The translations under genes were made by a program, and so were the position numbers. A DNA stretch of 64,000 bases from a virus (Duplodnaviria; Heunggongvirae; Uroviricota; Caudoviricetes; Schitoviridae): the IMG/VR virus record IMGVR_UViG_3300028490_000001, positions 14,677-78,676 of that record. One strand, given 5' to 3'. Below are positions 21,898-34,300 of the stretch, one piece after another. The notes under the pieces are model-generated. The model saw nothing but the letters and a program-made list of their open reading frames with translations, searched no databases and had not been told where the DNA came from. How positions within the stretch are numbered: position 1 is the first letter of the stretch; each line of letters opens with the position of its first letter.

Positions 21898-22143
21898 TTA
21901 TGCTCCAATCTCTACTACTGGAAAAACAAATACTGCCCAGCTATTCTGTAGGAAGTACATCTTTTGGTCAAAAGACACAACATCGCCTGATTTTATATTA
22001 ATCCATTTTTTGTTTTTGTCTCCATGAGTTGAAACAAACAATGGGTCGTCTGTTGTACCCATTGTGTTCTGAACCACTATCTTTTTGTCTGCCGGTGGAG
22101 TGACCTCTTTAGGCACTCCAATCTTTAATTCTAATTCATCCAT
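21898..22143 (-). CDS. small tail-region protein, unknown (81 aa)
   Basis: ORF preceded by an AGGAG RBS. Confidence 0.5.
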   Translation of the reverse strand: MDELELKIGVPKEVTPPADKKIVVQNTMGTTDDPLFVSTHGDKNKKWINIKSGDVVSFDQKMYFLQNSWAVFVFPVVEIGA

Positions 22144-22153
22144 CTTTTCTCCT

Positions 22154-22240
22154 TTAAGTTGTTTGATAGTATTTGCTATCTCTAGGCTCCGTTGTTATCG
22201 GAATAGCCTCTTCTATCTCTTCGTGTAATGTCTTTGACAT
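22154..22240 (-). CDS. possible micro-ORF (28 aa, MSKTLHEEIEEAIPITTEPRDSKYYQTT)
   Basis: My own reading of the 114-nt gap. The ATG follows AAGGGAAAAGT. It is below the ORF-track size cutoff. Confidence 0.25.
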   Translation of the reverse strand: MSKTLHEEIEEAIPITTEPRDSKYYQTT

Positions 22241-22257
22241 ACTTTTCCCTTTCTGCC

Positions 22258-24546
22258 CTATACGTTTAAGGGACAATCTTCTTGGTTCACATAGTTTAGA
22301 CCAGCGGTGTTGTCTTTACCAGTTTTTGAGATTTCATCTTGTTCTGCTTTCGTAGGATTCGATAAATCATCACACCCACTGAACATTTCAGAAACAATAA
22401 TATCTGGACTAGTTGTATCTATCTTCTCTATACAGTAAAGGTGGCTACATCCCATGAATATCTGTTCTACTGACACAACGTTGGTTGTATCTAGTCCAAT
22501 TACACTTATTAGGTTCTTGTAGCTATGGAATGCTCCTTTAAAGCTTGTTACGCTTGGTGAACTTATGATTGCAATATTAGAAATCTTTGATTCATCTTCT
22601 GCTCTAGCATCAGGGAATATATCTATTGTGTGTCCAGGTTGTGTCTGAACTATATATTCATTGTATCCGGTTCCAGTTGTTACATCCAGAAGTTGCCCAT
22701 TAAGTCCGTCTCTGTATTCAGGTTTAGCTGATGATGTGACTATCATTTTAAATGTGTTGTCTACTGGTTTACATCCAAGCATCTCACCCATTGCAGTAGT
22801 AGATATTTTTTTATCTCCTATATATGCTGCTTTAGCTAAGTCTTTTCCTATTCTTATACACATGCTTACTGGTGGAGTCCACGTACAGCAATCTTCACCG
22901 TCTGGAATATCAGTAACCCAAGCTATACCTGGAGTTGCTTCTATTGCTGTTCTTTCTGTAGCGTTAGGTCTACATAGAGCAGGTGTGTTGCTAAACATCC
23001 CAGTTGTATTGGTAGCTGATGTTGTGTTTACACCTTTCATACATTTTAGACCAGAACAATAAATCCAAGTGTTACTAAAATTAGTAGCCTTGCTAGTATC
23101 AAGAGCTGGAAAAGATGTCAACTTACCACAACTGTCCCAAGTCTCTACAAATTCGGTACCTTTACTTGTATCCAATGAAGGGAAAGAAGCTAACTTTCCA
23201 CAATGCCTCCAGGCAGCCTCAAAAAAAGTTCCCTCTGAAGTATCTATTAAAGGAAAAGAAGATAGTCCGCCACAACTAGCCCAGGCATAACTAAAATTAG
23301 TACCTTTACTTGTATCTATTAGAGGAAATGATGTCACTGATGAACAACTGTGCCAAGTACTACTAAAATTAGTTCCTGAACTAGTATCTAACAAAGGAAA
23401 AGAAGTCAATGTTGAACAACTAAACCAAGCCCTATAAAAGTTAGTTCCTTTTGAGGTATCTATTATGGGAAATGATATCAATTTTTCACAATTATACCAA
23501 GCTTCACTAAAATCAGTAACTAAACCAAATGCTGTGGAAGATGCTATAAATTCAGTCAGCTTAATACAACCCTTGAATGTACGATTTAACGAAGTCAGCT
23601 CTTCGGTTATAATTTCTATCTTGGTAATCTTATCGTCATTATTGGAAATCATAAAGGTAGAAATTGCATCCATTGAAGTAAGCTGATAGGTTCCGTCACT
23701 ATTATCGGTAACGGTTATAGAACCGCCGGTTACGCCAGCTAAGCCAGGTAATGCTGATGAGGTTACTTTTATATCTAGTTTTAATTGAGTACAACAATCC
23801 ATACCACTTCTAACGTCTGATACCCAATCTATACCAGGGGTAGCCTCTATTTGAGCACGCTCCGTAGCATTTGGTCTACAAATAGTTGTGTTCTCAAACA
23901 TTGATGTAGTATCTGTTGCAGATGTCGTATTTACAGCACCAAGACAATCTAGTGATGAACAGTCCCTCCATGTATGTCTAAAGCTTGTACCACTCTGTGT
24001 GCTTATCACAGGGAAGTGCTTTAGTTGCGTACAGTTGTTCCATGTCGCATTAAAGCTTGTTCCATTAGAGAAGTCGAGACCTGGGAATGAGGTTAGTGCA
24101 TAACACTCTAGCCATGTACCATTAAAGTTCGTTCCTGCAGTCGTTGTAAGCGATGGAAAAGATTTAAGCTTGTTACATCCACCCCACGCATAGCTGAAGT
24201 CGGTTCCGCTTGATGTATCAATCTGCGGAAACGAAACTATCTTAGATGAGTATCCCCATGCATATGAAAAATTCACAACATTAGCAAATGCGGTAGATGG
24301 TGCAATGAATTCTGTCATGTTTATGAAGCTCTTGAAGGTGTCCTCAAGTGATGTAAGTGCCTCATCTATTACTTCTACTTTTGTTATCGCATCTTTTTTA
24401 CTTGTTGCTATAGTAAAGTGTGTAATCCCTTCTGTAGATGTGAGTTGATAAGTACCATCCTGGTTATTGTTTATTGTTATTTCACCACCACTGACTGACG
24501 CTATCTGAGGCCAGTCACTGGAGGTTATTTTTAGTTCAAAAGACAT
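22258..24546 (-). CDS. receptor-binding/tail-fibre protein with three tandem BspA/DUF285-type leucine-rich-repeat modules
   Basis: 762 aa with many ~23-aa repeats of the form SFP.(I/L)DTS.GTNF...W..C..L. Three modules each begin KITSS/KVTSS/IVTSS...DGTYQLTS. The first two end with the cap sequence CRPNATER..IEATPGI.WV.D... Confidence 0.65.
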   Translation of the reverse strand: MSFELKITSSDWPQIASVSGGEITINNNQDGTYQLTSTEGITHFTIATSKKDAITKVEVIDEALTSLEDTFKSFINMTEFIAPSTAFANVVNFSYAWGYSSKIVSFPQIDTSSGTDFSYAWGGCNKLKSFPSLTTTAGTNFNGTWLECYALTSFPGLDFSNGTSFNATWNNCTQLKHFPVISTQSGTSFRHTWRDCSSLDCLGAVNTTSATDTTSMFENTTICRPNATERAQIEATPGIDWVSDVRSGMDCCTQLKLDIKVTSSALPGLAGVTGGSITVTDNSDGTYQLTSMDAISTFMISNNDDKITKIEIITEELTSLNRTFKGCIKLTEFIASSTAFGLVTDFSEAWYNCEKLISFPIIDTSKGTNFYRAWFSCSTLTSFPLLDTSSGTNFSSTWHSCSSVTSFPLIDTSKGTNFSYAWASCGGLSSFPLIDTSEGTFFEAAWRHCGKLASFPSLDTSKGTEFVETWDSCGKLTSFPALDTSKATNFSNTWIYCSGLKCMKGVNTTSATNTTGMFSNTPALCRPNATERTAIEATPGIAWVTDIPDGEDCCTWTPPVSMCIRIGKDLAKAAYIGDKKISTTAMGEMLGCKPVDNTFKMIVTSSAKPEYRDGLNGQLLDVTTGTGYNEYIVQTQPGHTIDIFPDARAEDESKISNIAIISSPSVTSFKGAFHSYKNLISVIGLDTTNVVSVEQIFMGCSHLYCIEKIDTTSPDIIVSEMFSGCDDLSNPTKAEQDEISKTGKDNTAGLNYVNQEDCPLNV

Positions 24547-24556
24547 TGCTTTCTCC

Positions 24557-25390
24557 TTATTCTACAATTACATACATTTTATCAGCTTGGTAGTTACCAG
24601 CACCGATAGCGTCATAGTTAGCTTGTGTTATTTTAACTATTTCAGCTATCTTAATTTCATTTCCTGCAGACTTTGATAATACTGCATTGTCCGTAACTTC
24701 TTGCAGTCCAGCTATTTCTGGTATCTTAACGTTATGAGGATTGCCTACAACAACTAAAGAGTGGTCATATGCAGCTTTTCCTCTATCGCCTCTATATGCT
24801 GTAGAAATAGTTTCTCCTAGCACCAAACTAGCTGAAATCTCAACATATGTAGAACCACTCCATCTGAATGTCTTGTTATCATCTAAAGACACGTATATTT
24901 TTCCTCTTTCACCAGTTGCTGGGAACAGTGCAGCTGTATCAAATTCAAGAACGTCATCAACATACGATGGTAGCTGTATTGTAGGTATCTTTCCTTGTAG
25001 GTCTAGTGTTGCTACACCATCCGGTGCTCCCTTTTCTCCAAGAGGTATATACTTATTTAAGTGGTTGTACTGTGACAAATCTATAAGTTTATTCACGTTG
25101 TTTTCATCTTTGTAAATTAAGATGTCACCTGCGAAGTCTAGAGAAGTTATTGTCTCAACTGCAAGACTAGATAGGTCTACTGATATTGAAGAATTATCTT
25201 CTTTTGTCATTATTAAGTCTGTACCAGACAGAGATGCTGATACTATGTGTTTATCATTCACTACGAATGAGTCAACAGAACCATCTTGATGTGTTATTGA
25301 TATAGTATTTGTTGCTGCGTTATATTCAACTTTTACTACACTTTCCGAATTTGAGTTTGCTACTACTACTACTTGATTGCTTTGTGGCAT
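24557..25390 (-). CDS. tail fibre/spike-associated protein, unknown (277 aa)
   Basis: ORF 10 nt upstream of the LRR protein gene, in the fibre gene block. Confidence 0.5.
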   Translation of the reverse strand: MPQSNQVVVVANSNSESVVKVEYNAATNTISITHQDGSVDSFVVNDKHIVSASLSGTDLIMTKEDNSSISVDLSSLAVETITSLDFAGDILIYKDENNVNKLIDLSQYNHLNKYIPLGEKGAPDGVATLDLQGKIPTIQLPSYVDDVLEFDTAALFPATGERGKIYVSLDDNKTFRWSGSTYVEISASLVLGETISTAYRGDRGKAAYDHSLVVVGNPHNVKIPEIAGLQEVTDNAVLSKSAGNEIKIAEIVKITQANYDAIGAGNYQADKMYVIVE

Positions 25391-25400
25391 GTCTTTTTCC

Positions 25401-25757
25401 TTATCCTAATACTATAACTGCTATTTTGCAGTTTTGTTTATGAGTTCTATTTAGTAAATAAATATCTCCCGTCACCTCTAAAAAAGAACCTGGAATCAAT
25501 AGACCCCATAGTCCGTCCTTATCACCATGAAAAGAAAACTCAATAGAGTCATCTTCATTTTCCGACACATTCTGAAATAGTGCCTTCCCTTTGTTTGACA
25601 CAGAATAAATAATACCTTGTGTCATGACAAATCCTTGGTCTATGCTAGACGCAGGGTCTTCTGACAATACAGGTGGAGAAGTCCACTGTTTTGACCTATT
25701 CACGTCTAACTCCGAATTTCCTGAACCTAGGTCCACACTAGAATCTCTAGCCATCAT
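25401..25757 (-). CDS. small tail-region protein, unknown (118 aa)
   Basis: ORF overlapping the upstream gene by 11 nt. Confidence 0.5.
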   Translation of the reverse strand: MMARDSSVDLGSGNSELDVNRSKQWTSPPVLSEDPASSIDQGFVMTQGIIYSVSNKGKALFQNVSENEDDSIEFSFHGDKDGLWGLLIPGSFLEVTGDIYLLNRTHKQNCKIAVIVLG

Positions 25758-26793
25758 CTCTCCTTTTAATATTGTTCAATATATGGGTTGTGATTTCATC
25801 AATATTTATTCCATTGACTATATCTATCCCATTCTCTTCATCACTATAACCTCCGTTGCTAACCCCAAAGGGTTGACCATCTGTCCAGTCATCGAGTGCG
25901 TTGCTCTTGCGAAAGTATATCATAGTTGGTATTTCATCTAGTGATAAGAATGAAATACCAACAGGATATCCGCTATACATATTTCTATCTAGCAGTCTAC
26001 CAAAGTATGACGGTGAGAAGCTAGAGCCATTTCTTCCGGGCTCTCCCTTGTCGCCCTTATATTTGCCTCTTGGTCCAGTCTTGCCACTAGGTATCCCAAG
26101 AACCAACCTATTCGTATCCTGGTCGTAGCTTGAGTATGGAGAGTCGTGTTCTGTAAGGTGCTCAACTGATATCTCCATCGTTCTCGACTTAACAACTAGA
26201 CCTTCTATCTTCTTGAGCTTTTCATCTATTCTTGATTCTGCTTTTGCAATCAATTCATTAGATTTTCTTGCTTCAGTAGCATATGTCTTCGCTTCTGCAT
26301 GCAGCTTCGATACCTTGTATGCTGCCTCTATAGACTTTGGAGAAAGATTAATTACTGCATCCATCTTCTCCTCTATATCAAGCACGGAATCAATCTTTGT
26401 TGTCAGGGCAAGCACTTCTTCAATCATTGGCTTTATCGCTATGACTGCACCAATGTGGTTCTTATATTCTGCAAGATTTGATATGTCATCAATATTGTCT
26501 GAGGCAATAATTATTGAATCTTTGATTTCAAATAATGAATCAATCTGGTTTCGCATGCTTGCTACGCTTGATATGTCTGGCATGCTAGCAAGGGCTAGTT
26601 TTATGTCTTGATATTTAGAGAGTAGCTTGTCTGCTGTAGACTGTGCTACCCTTATCTCATCCATATTGAGAGAATCAACCTTATTGCTGGCTTCTTCTAT
26701 TTTTCCAATAACACCACTGTCGACAACATTTATTACTCTAAGCAAACCATCTAGATTCTCTATTAGCTTGCCTAACGATTTACCGTAATCCAT
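25747..26793 (-). CDS. fibre protein with coiled coil and a short collagen-like segment (348 aa from the internal start)
   Basis: The start at MDYGKSLGKL gives a TAATG overlap with the upstream stop. A long heptad-like region is followed by GKTGPRGKYKGDKGEPGRNG (G-x-y repeats). Confidence 0.55.
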   Translation of the reverse strand: MDYGKSLGKLIENLDGLLRVINVVDSGVIGKIEEASNKVDSLNMDEIRVAQSTADKLLSKYQDIKLALASMPDISSVASMRNQIDSLFEIKDSIIIASDNIDDISNLAEYKNHIGAVIAIKPMIEEVLALTTKIDSVLDIEEKMDAVINLSPKSIEAAYKVSKLHAEAKTYATEARKSNELIAKAESRIDEKLKKIEGLVVKSRTMEISVEHLTEHDSPYSSYDQDTNRLVLGIPSGKTGPRGKYKGDKGEPGRNGSSFSPSYFGRLLDRNMYSGYPVGISFLSLDEIPTMIYFRKSNALDDWTDGQPFGVSNGGYSDEENGIDIVNGINIDEITTHILNNIKRRDDG

Positions 26794-28055
26794 TATGTAA
26801 CTGCTCCCTGAGTATTGCCAGCTCCATCTGCAGCCAGGTTTAGCCAATGCACTTTTCCTGTTACAGCTTTTCCTGCAGGTCCACCTGGAGGTCCACCTCT
26901 TACTCCCCATGTACCACCGTCTGTCCCGTCTGTTCCTCTTGAGCCTCTGTTTCCTCCAGGCAGTGATGGTGCACCACCCATTCCACCAGCTCCACCATCT
27001 CTTCTTGTTGTTTTGAATGATTGTCCTACACCTGCAGTACCAGCAGCACCGCCAGCACCACCTATGGAGATAGTTACTTCAGTCTTTTGTCTCTTGACAC
27101 CCCATCTGTGTCCCTTACTTGCACCTATTGGGTCAACACAATTATATCTCTCTTTTGTTGATGGGTCCCAGAATGCATATCTCCATCCTGGAGGCAATGA
27201 TGATATGTCTGCATCTGTGTACCACACATCGAAATCTGGCCAATCATTCTTTACAGAACTTGTCCATCCATGAGGTCCTCCCCATGCCATGTAGTATTTC
27301 ATAATGTTTGTTCCATTACTTGCTACTTCATGTCCCCATCCAGCGGCATACTTTGGATAACATGCAGAACCTGAAGGTTTATGGTATTGTATTTTGTTCT
27401 TGTAAATCTCTTTATTTGCTCCCTTTCTACCTTTCTTCCCTCTTACACCATTTCCTCCTGCTCCCCTTATGTATCCATTATTGAACAGAGTAAGGTCGCT
27501 TTGGAAATTTATTCCATTCTCACTAGGGTTTGTACCAGTAAACTCACCTTGGTTCAGTAGTGACACCTCACCAAAAATAGATAAATCACCAGTGTTCATT
27601 GTTGGCTGTACTTTTCTATTTAGAATTACTAGCTTTACTCCACTTCCACTTACTCCAAGCTCGTTCAGTTTAGCGTCAATAAATGCACGCAGCGAGAATG
27701 TGTTTGTGTATTGAGGTAGCTCTAGTTTTATTGTGGCATAGAACACAAGAACCCCATTCATGAACATCGCCCTGACATTGCTATGGTTATGTACAATAAC
27801 ACTCATCTGACCGTGGTTCATTATTGTCTTTACGTTTGGAGGTATTGGTGATGGTAGTGTTCTAGCCAGTGGTGTTGAACCATTGTTTGTTAAGAACAGA
27901 AAGTCGCCAACCCGTAAGGTACGAATGACTTGTCTGCTTCTGACAGTATCACAACAGTCATCTATTCTGACGCCCTGTCTTATCAATTCATTAACCTTGT
28001 CCATTATTCTATTGATGGACATAAGGTTTTCGTCACACATTATATTTTGAATCAT
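26793..28055 (-). CDS. glycine-rich tail fibre protein (420 aa)
   Basis: The C-terminal region reads GGAGGAAGTAGVG...GGAGGMGGAPSLPGGNRGSRGTDGTDGG...GGPPGGPAGK. The N-terminal ~60 aa are paralogous to the 28065..28340 product. Confidence 0.55.
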   Translation of the reverse strand: MIQNIMCDENLMSINRIMDKVNELIRQGVRIDDCCDTVRSRQVIRTLRVGDFLFLTNNGSTPLARTLPSPIPPNVKTIMNHGQMSVIVHNHSNVRAMFMNGVLVFYATIKLELPQYTNTFSLRAFIDAKLNELGVSGSGVKLVILNRKVQPTMNTGDLSIFGEVSLLNQGEFTGTNPSENGINFQSDLTLFNNGYIRGAGGNGVRGKKGRKGANKEIYKNKIQYHKPSGSACYPKYAAGWGHEVASNGTNIMKYYMAWGGPHGWTSSVKNDWPDFDVWYTDADISSLPPGWRYAFWDPSTKERYNCVDPIGASKGHRWGVKRQKTEVTISIGGAGGAAGTAGVGQSFKTTRRDGGAGGMGGAPSLPGGNRGSRGTDGTDGGTWGVRGGPPGGPAGKAVTGKVHWLNLAADGAGNTQGAVT

Positions 28056-28064
28056 TTTACAGCC

Positions 28065-28340
28065 TTATGTTTTTGGTGGGGTGCCATCGTCTGTGATATA
28101 TAGAGTATGCCCCTCTCTTAATGTTCTAATATTCTGTCTTCCTCTAATCATATCACAACAGTCCTCAAGGAAATTTCCTTTGTTTATGAGTCTGTTTATT
28201 GTGTTTAATATTAGGCTGACCTCTATTTCTCCATTTGGATTACACATTAATTCTGGAATGTCTGTATGCATAGGACCCTCTGGTCCTTCTGGTATAACTT
28301 CCACCTCGCCAGATTCTTCTCTATTTCCTGAATATGCCAT
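28065..28340 (-). CDS. small protein paralogous to the N-terminus of the Gly-rich fibre (91 aa)
   Basis: It shares the motif N.I..LI..G....DCCD..R.RQ.IRTLR.G..L.. Confidence 0.5.
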   Translation of the reverse strand: MAYSGNREESGEVEVIPEGPEGPMHTDIPELMCNPNGEIEVSLILNTINRLINKGNFLEDCCDMIRGRQNIRTLREGHTLYITDDGTPPKT

Positions 28341-31300
28341 ATTATCCTACCTTTATTATTTCTAGAGTTAGGAATACAGACTCTTCGTTAAAAGGAGAGG
28401 CTTTTCCAAGTGTGTCTGTTCCTGTAGCCGCCTCCACTATCGTCTCTACACTTATATTGGTAGATGCTGCAATAGTGAATACGCCTTGAGCTTCTGATGA
28501 GCCAGATGTAGAGCATGTAGTACCAAGTAGCATACCACCACCAAAGTTTAGTCTTGATTGATGCACGCCTTCTGCCATGGCTATCATGTGTACACTATAT
28601 GTTCCTGCAGCTATAGTAACTGACGTTGGACCAACCGTGGCACCCATGGTATTTACAATTGCTACACCAAGAGGTCTAGCTGTCCAGGTCATGTCGACTG
28701 CTGAACCTCCTCCTGTACCACCAGCTACTTTGTGTTCCATCAGTAATGATGCAGTTGATGTTCCAAGTGCTGCTTCCACAGCATCAAGTCTACCCTTAAT
28801 GGTTACTATCTCAGCATCAATTGACATGTCTTTCCCCTGAAGGGCCATCACCATATTGTCTGTAGCCTCAACGTCAATTATAACTGCTTCAACTTTTGTC
28901 TCTGCAGCCATAACTCTTGCATTGAGTGAATTCACATTCATCGTATTTGTTGATATGTTTCCTTCATTTGCTGCAGTTGCCATCTCAGTAGCATTCATTT
29001 CGTTCTCTAGTCCGGACACTCTAGCCTCAAGTGCAGGAATGTCTCCTGGATTGATTGGTGTCTGCGACTCAAGTGCAGCAATCTTGCTCGTATTTACTGC
29101 AGTTTTCTGAATAGTATCCATAACGCGTATATGCGTTTGTGCATCTACAACCTTTAGTGCCTCAATATCATCAATATTGAAGTTTATGCCTTTCATTATT
29201 TTCATAACAGCTATTTGCTGTGACGCATCACATGCTAATTTATCTCTCATTTTACTTCCTTTTTTATATTATACATACTGGTTTGCTCTACGGCATTATC
29301 GGTTTTGTCATATCCGTACATAAGGTAGGACCTTCACATAGGACTATCTCATTACAACATATTGTTTCCATACAGTTCAGCTTCCAGCTTCTGGATTCAC
29401 ATGGTCTATTACCAAGGAATGCCTCAACTATCGCTCTGTCCTTCATAGTTAGTAAACATGGACATGCTATATTCAGAGTTATTAGTTCTAGCTCTAGCCA
29501 CAACTCTCTACTTATATTGCTCCTGTTTAGCTTACCCGCAACAAATAGATTCATGAGTGTAAGATAATCTTGGTTCGCCTCACATCTAAAGTTGTCCGGT
29601 TGATATATATTGAACTGAGGGACTCTACCCCAATATCTGTCTATAAACTTCTTCTCTTCATTCTGGTCTAATCCCCAACTAGGTGTAAAAGTTGCCATCT
29701 ATGCATACCCCCTTTCAGTTAATTTTGTATTTGTAAGCATAGAGTATTGCACTAGTCCTTTTTTGTAGACCTCTTTACATGATGCAATGTATGCTCTCCA
29801 ATGAGAACCTATCTCTGTCTGCTCATCTCCGTTCATTGACTTATATGCCCTATAGGCTATATAGTTCATTAGCGAATCTAAAAACTGTGGTGGAAAAATC
29901 AAGTCTACCTTGTCGATATTCTCTTTAGTTAAATACGGTGGGGTAACTACCTGTATAATTGAATAAACTCTACCTTTTATAGGATTTGGTATATGCAATA
30001 GATATGGCTGTGGTGTAAATATTGATTCATCGCAGTTTGTATCATTCATTGGAATTTCTGTCATTCCATCTCGCCCATTTAGCGGGTTCCGGGATATATC
30101 TCTATAATATGCTTGTAGAACTTTTTGTGAGTTCTCCTGTAGACGGTATCTTGTTCTACCCTCTTCAATCGTTATAGTTTGCTCTTCCTGTAAGATACTA
30201 AATTTCGCGTAAATTTCAATGAGTCCAAGATTCATCAGTGATATAATCTGTTCCTCATTCTCTCCTACGACTATTTGCTTCAATTCTGTATTCTTCAGGA
30301 TATCATAAACTTCTCTTAGTCTCATAACATTCCTTTTTATTTTTTAGCTACTGCATTGTATCCTATACTATATAAGAACCAATACTCAAACTTTCTTCTT
30401 CAGACTCCGTGTAGAACGGGTCTTCATATATGCTGGTAACTGAGTCACTCATGGCAGTATTCGGCTTCCATGGCTTCATTTCTGCAAGCATTGATACGGT
30501 ATCGACTGCATCATCATGTCTTGACTTGAATCCTGACACAGTTGCCCTCTCTAGCTCATTCTTCATTTCTGTCATAAGTGGCGTTCCTAGCATGCTCTTG
30601 CTGAACCACATCTTACCTTTTCTGAACAATGGCACAACATTGTGAAATCTCTTTAGCTTATCAGATGTTGGTCTGACCTCGACTATAGTGAAGTACACAT
30701 TTCTTCTATGCATTTCTTTCCTTATCCAGGTAACGAACGCTCCCTGCTGCCCAGTGACTTCCACTCCAACAGATTTGACGGCATACCTGACTACCATATC
30801 AAATAATATATCTATATTTTTGTCCATCAGGTTTCTGCCACACTCTCCATCCACTAGCATCCAGTCCTCATTGCTATTATATGCCCACACGGACATAACA
30901 GAATAATCGGCTCTTTGCTTCTCTGATGTTGCAAAGTCTGTAGTTATGTAGAAATTGTAGTTATTCGGTCTCGATATCACGTCATCACCCTCGAACCACA
31001 GCATGTCCTGGTCCCTGACTAGTCTATCTTCGTCAGATGTAATTCTAAGCATAAGCTCCTGCATGAATGAGTCTAGCTTACCTGCCTTCTTCGACTTGTC
31101 ATACTGTCTCTTTACATACGCGAAGTCATGTCTGTCTGGCCATGCTCCCCTGAACGTCTCTTCAGTAGTGTTGTCATCAAAATGCTCACACACAGGATAC
31201 ACTGATACTGCCCAGGCGCCTGATTCTATCGCCTTATATAGCGGGTCATTCTGATTAAACGGAGTACCGTTCCAGATTGTCTTTGATTTTTTAGGATGTA

Positions 31301-34300
31301 GTGCGTAATCTATCGCCTTGTAAACGGTATCCTCGATACTAGCAATAATTGTAGCCGAGCGCGCATCTTCATCTGACATGAGGTCATCGAGGAGAGCGAG
31401 GTCAACTCTTTTTCCCATTTCTTTAGCTCCACGTACACCTGTTTTGGCTCCATACCCTTTAACAATGAGCTTTTTTCCCGCAATATTCGTAAATTCATAT
31501 CTGACATCTGTAAACCTTGTGTGTGGAACGTATTTTTGTAGGAATTCAGAGTTCTCCCAGCGATATTCCAGGTTTTTTCTCATGTTTTTTACACCATTCT
31601 CTATTGAATCGGAAACATATATTGCTATATCTACCTTTCCAAATCCTGGAATCTCTCCATATACTGCGATATATAGGAATAAATACTCTCCCATTAGTGT
31701 AGTCTTGGCAGAACCACGGTATAGCATGTTTACTACAGACATATTGGGTCCCGCTATTGCGTCAAGCATCTTATAGTGAAGCACTGGAGTCTTATTTTCC
31801 TCTCCATCTGTTCCATTAACAAGCTTAATGAAGTTTACAAATTCTAATGCGAATACTGAGGGGATATAGTTTGGGTCGTTTTCATAGGCTACTCTGTCCA
31901 ACCATTCGTCAACTGTGAGCTCTTGCTCTACAGCATGTAATTGTTGGGCTGTTACTGCACTCATAAATACACCTTTGTTTTGTTATTTTATCAAAGTATA
32001 TCATATTTATTTTAGGTGGGTGTTTGGTTGTGGAGATTACAAAGAAGGATTGGGTATAGCTAAGAACCAACCAAACAAATTCTTAGCTAGGAGTGAAGTA
32101 TAGTATATTTTACCTTGTTTTACTCCTCTTCTACGATAACAGCCTCTTCAAATAATATTTTTGATTCTGCTATTTCAATACTTGTGTTGGTTCCAGCTTC
32201 TATACCTATTTGTTGCTGTCTGGCTAGTCTTTGCATTTCACTTCTTAACGATGTGATTTCATCAACACCTTTTACTCCTACATCTAGCTCAATCTTCGTT
32301 ATCTCATTAGGTGCAGTATATTTAAGCACGCTTTCTGCTGCAGCAATCCTATCTTGGTCTCTCACTGCATGATACATTCTGTCATACTGTACGTTCAGTG
32401 CATCCTGGAACATTGGCGCATTCAGTATCTTTGACGGCATAAGTGCTTGCTCTGCAAGCTTCTGTACTAGCTCCCCAGTTTTATATGCAGTTACAAATGG
32501 TGATATTTTTTTACCACGAATATCATCCTCTGGTAATCCTTCTGCTAGCCACTTCTCCATTAATCTGCCATATCTATCAGGGAACGTCAGGTGGTAGGCG
32601 TCTATATCTGTGTTGCTTAGCAACTTGTAGGCAACATATTTAACTGCAGACATATAATCCTTTATGCTGTACTGTCCTGTTTTGAGCACTGCACTAAGTG
32701 TTAAGAAATTCTGCTTGTAGTGTTCTGCGAAATCTTCGCCCTCATCCTCTTCAAGCTGATTAAACGAATCCACTATGGACTGAGTTATCAGACTCTGGCT
32801 ATGTCTAGGCGCTATAGCCTTTAGTTCTTCTAGTGTCATTTCATTATCTCCTTGTATATTCTAATTTGTTTAGCATATTTTCTCTCATCCTCTTCATTCT
32901 GTTCGGCAACTGTCATACTATCTCAACCTCAGCATCAAGACTCAACATTCCAACTTTGTGCAGGTTCTTGTAATCCTCTTCAGTCTTAAACGACTGGCAA
33001 TACACAGATGTTCTGTACTCGTCACTCCCTATAAATATAGGCTCTCCTACAATAACTTTACCACCACTCTTAACAACAACTCTCGTTCCTGGTGCACAAT
33101 CTCTAGCTTTCATACTATCTCCTTTAGGTTATATTGAGGGTATTGTAGCATATTTTATATATTTTATATTTACAGACTCGTATTTTCTATATAGGGTTTT
33201 TTCATATTTACCTACAAGTACAGTAGGGTTATGGTTTTCACCATCTCGGTTGACTACCCCCCCGGTGTTTAGAGGTTCCTTTTATTCACCTCGCTCTGCC
33301 CACTGTGGCTTACTCACTCATACCTTGGAGGTATCACATGTCACTACTTATCATCGCACTCGTTGCACTCTCTATCTTTATCATCACTGCTCTGTAAGCA
33401 CCCAGCTAGAGCACACATACCTTGTGTGTTTCATGGTGGTTGCTTAACTAACACACCAATGGGCGTAATCCCTAACAACTATAAGAAAGGTCAATCATGA
33501 CAAACAATACTAACAACACTCGTAACAGACAACCAGCTCCTTCGTACTCACTTCAGGGTGATAGCAACTTCGAGACTGCAATTAATACAGCGAACTTTAT
33601 CATAGGTTCGGTAATGACAGGTGTGTGGGGTGCCGGTAGATTAATAACAGTGGGGTGTGAATCAAGTGCAACTCTACTTCCTAAAGATGTAGCTGAAGCA
33701 ATAGTTGAAACTGCTACTGCTCCTGGGATGTTCTCTACATGGGATTCAATTCGTGCTGAGGACTCTACTGATGCAGCTGCTGCAAAACTATCTACCGTGA
33801 AGGATAACCTGCTCGGTGCAAACAATGATAGTATTCAGATATTCACCAGTTACCTAGATAACAAAGCAGTATTTAGAGCTATCATTAAATCTCTATCTTC
33901 TGAAAAGTATCAAGAGGCAACAGCAAAGATTGAGGGACTGTCTGATGACGAGTATGATAACCTCATAGATGCTACCAATACTCAGCTTACTGGTCTATCA
34001 ATCAAAGATACTGCTAAAATCAAAGAGCTTGCTGCTGCTCTTTAGAGTACATAGTGCCTTCCTTACCGAGGGTACTGTTGTGTTCTACATTGCTCATTTG
34101 TAATGTCACTCGCTAGACCATTCATTGTGGTGTATTAAGAATTGAACACAAGTATGATTAGGAGAATCCTAAAGGGGACAAGCATTCGAAGCATGACTTA
34201 CTTTGGAGAATCAGAAAGAGGACCACCGAGCGATTAGCGAGGTGCTATACAAACTAACTAGCTTTAAGGAGCATAACATGAGACAAGAACAGATAAACCT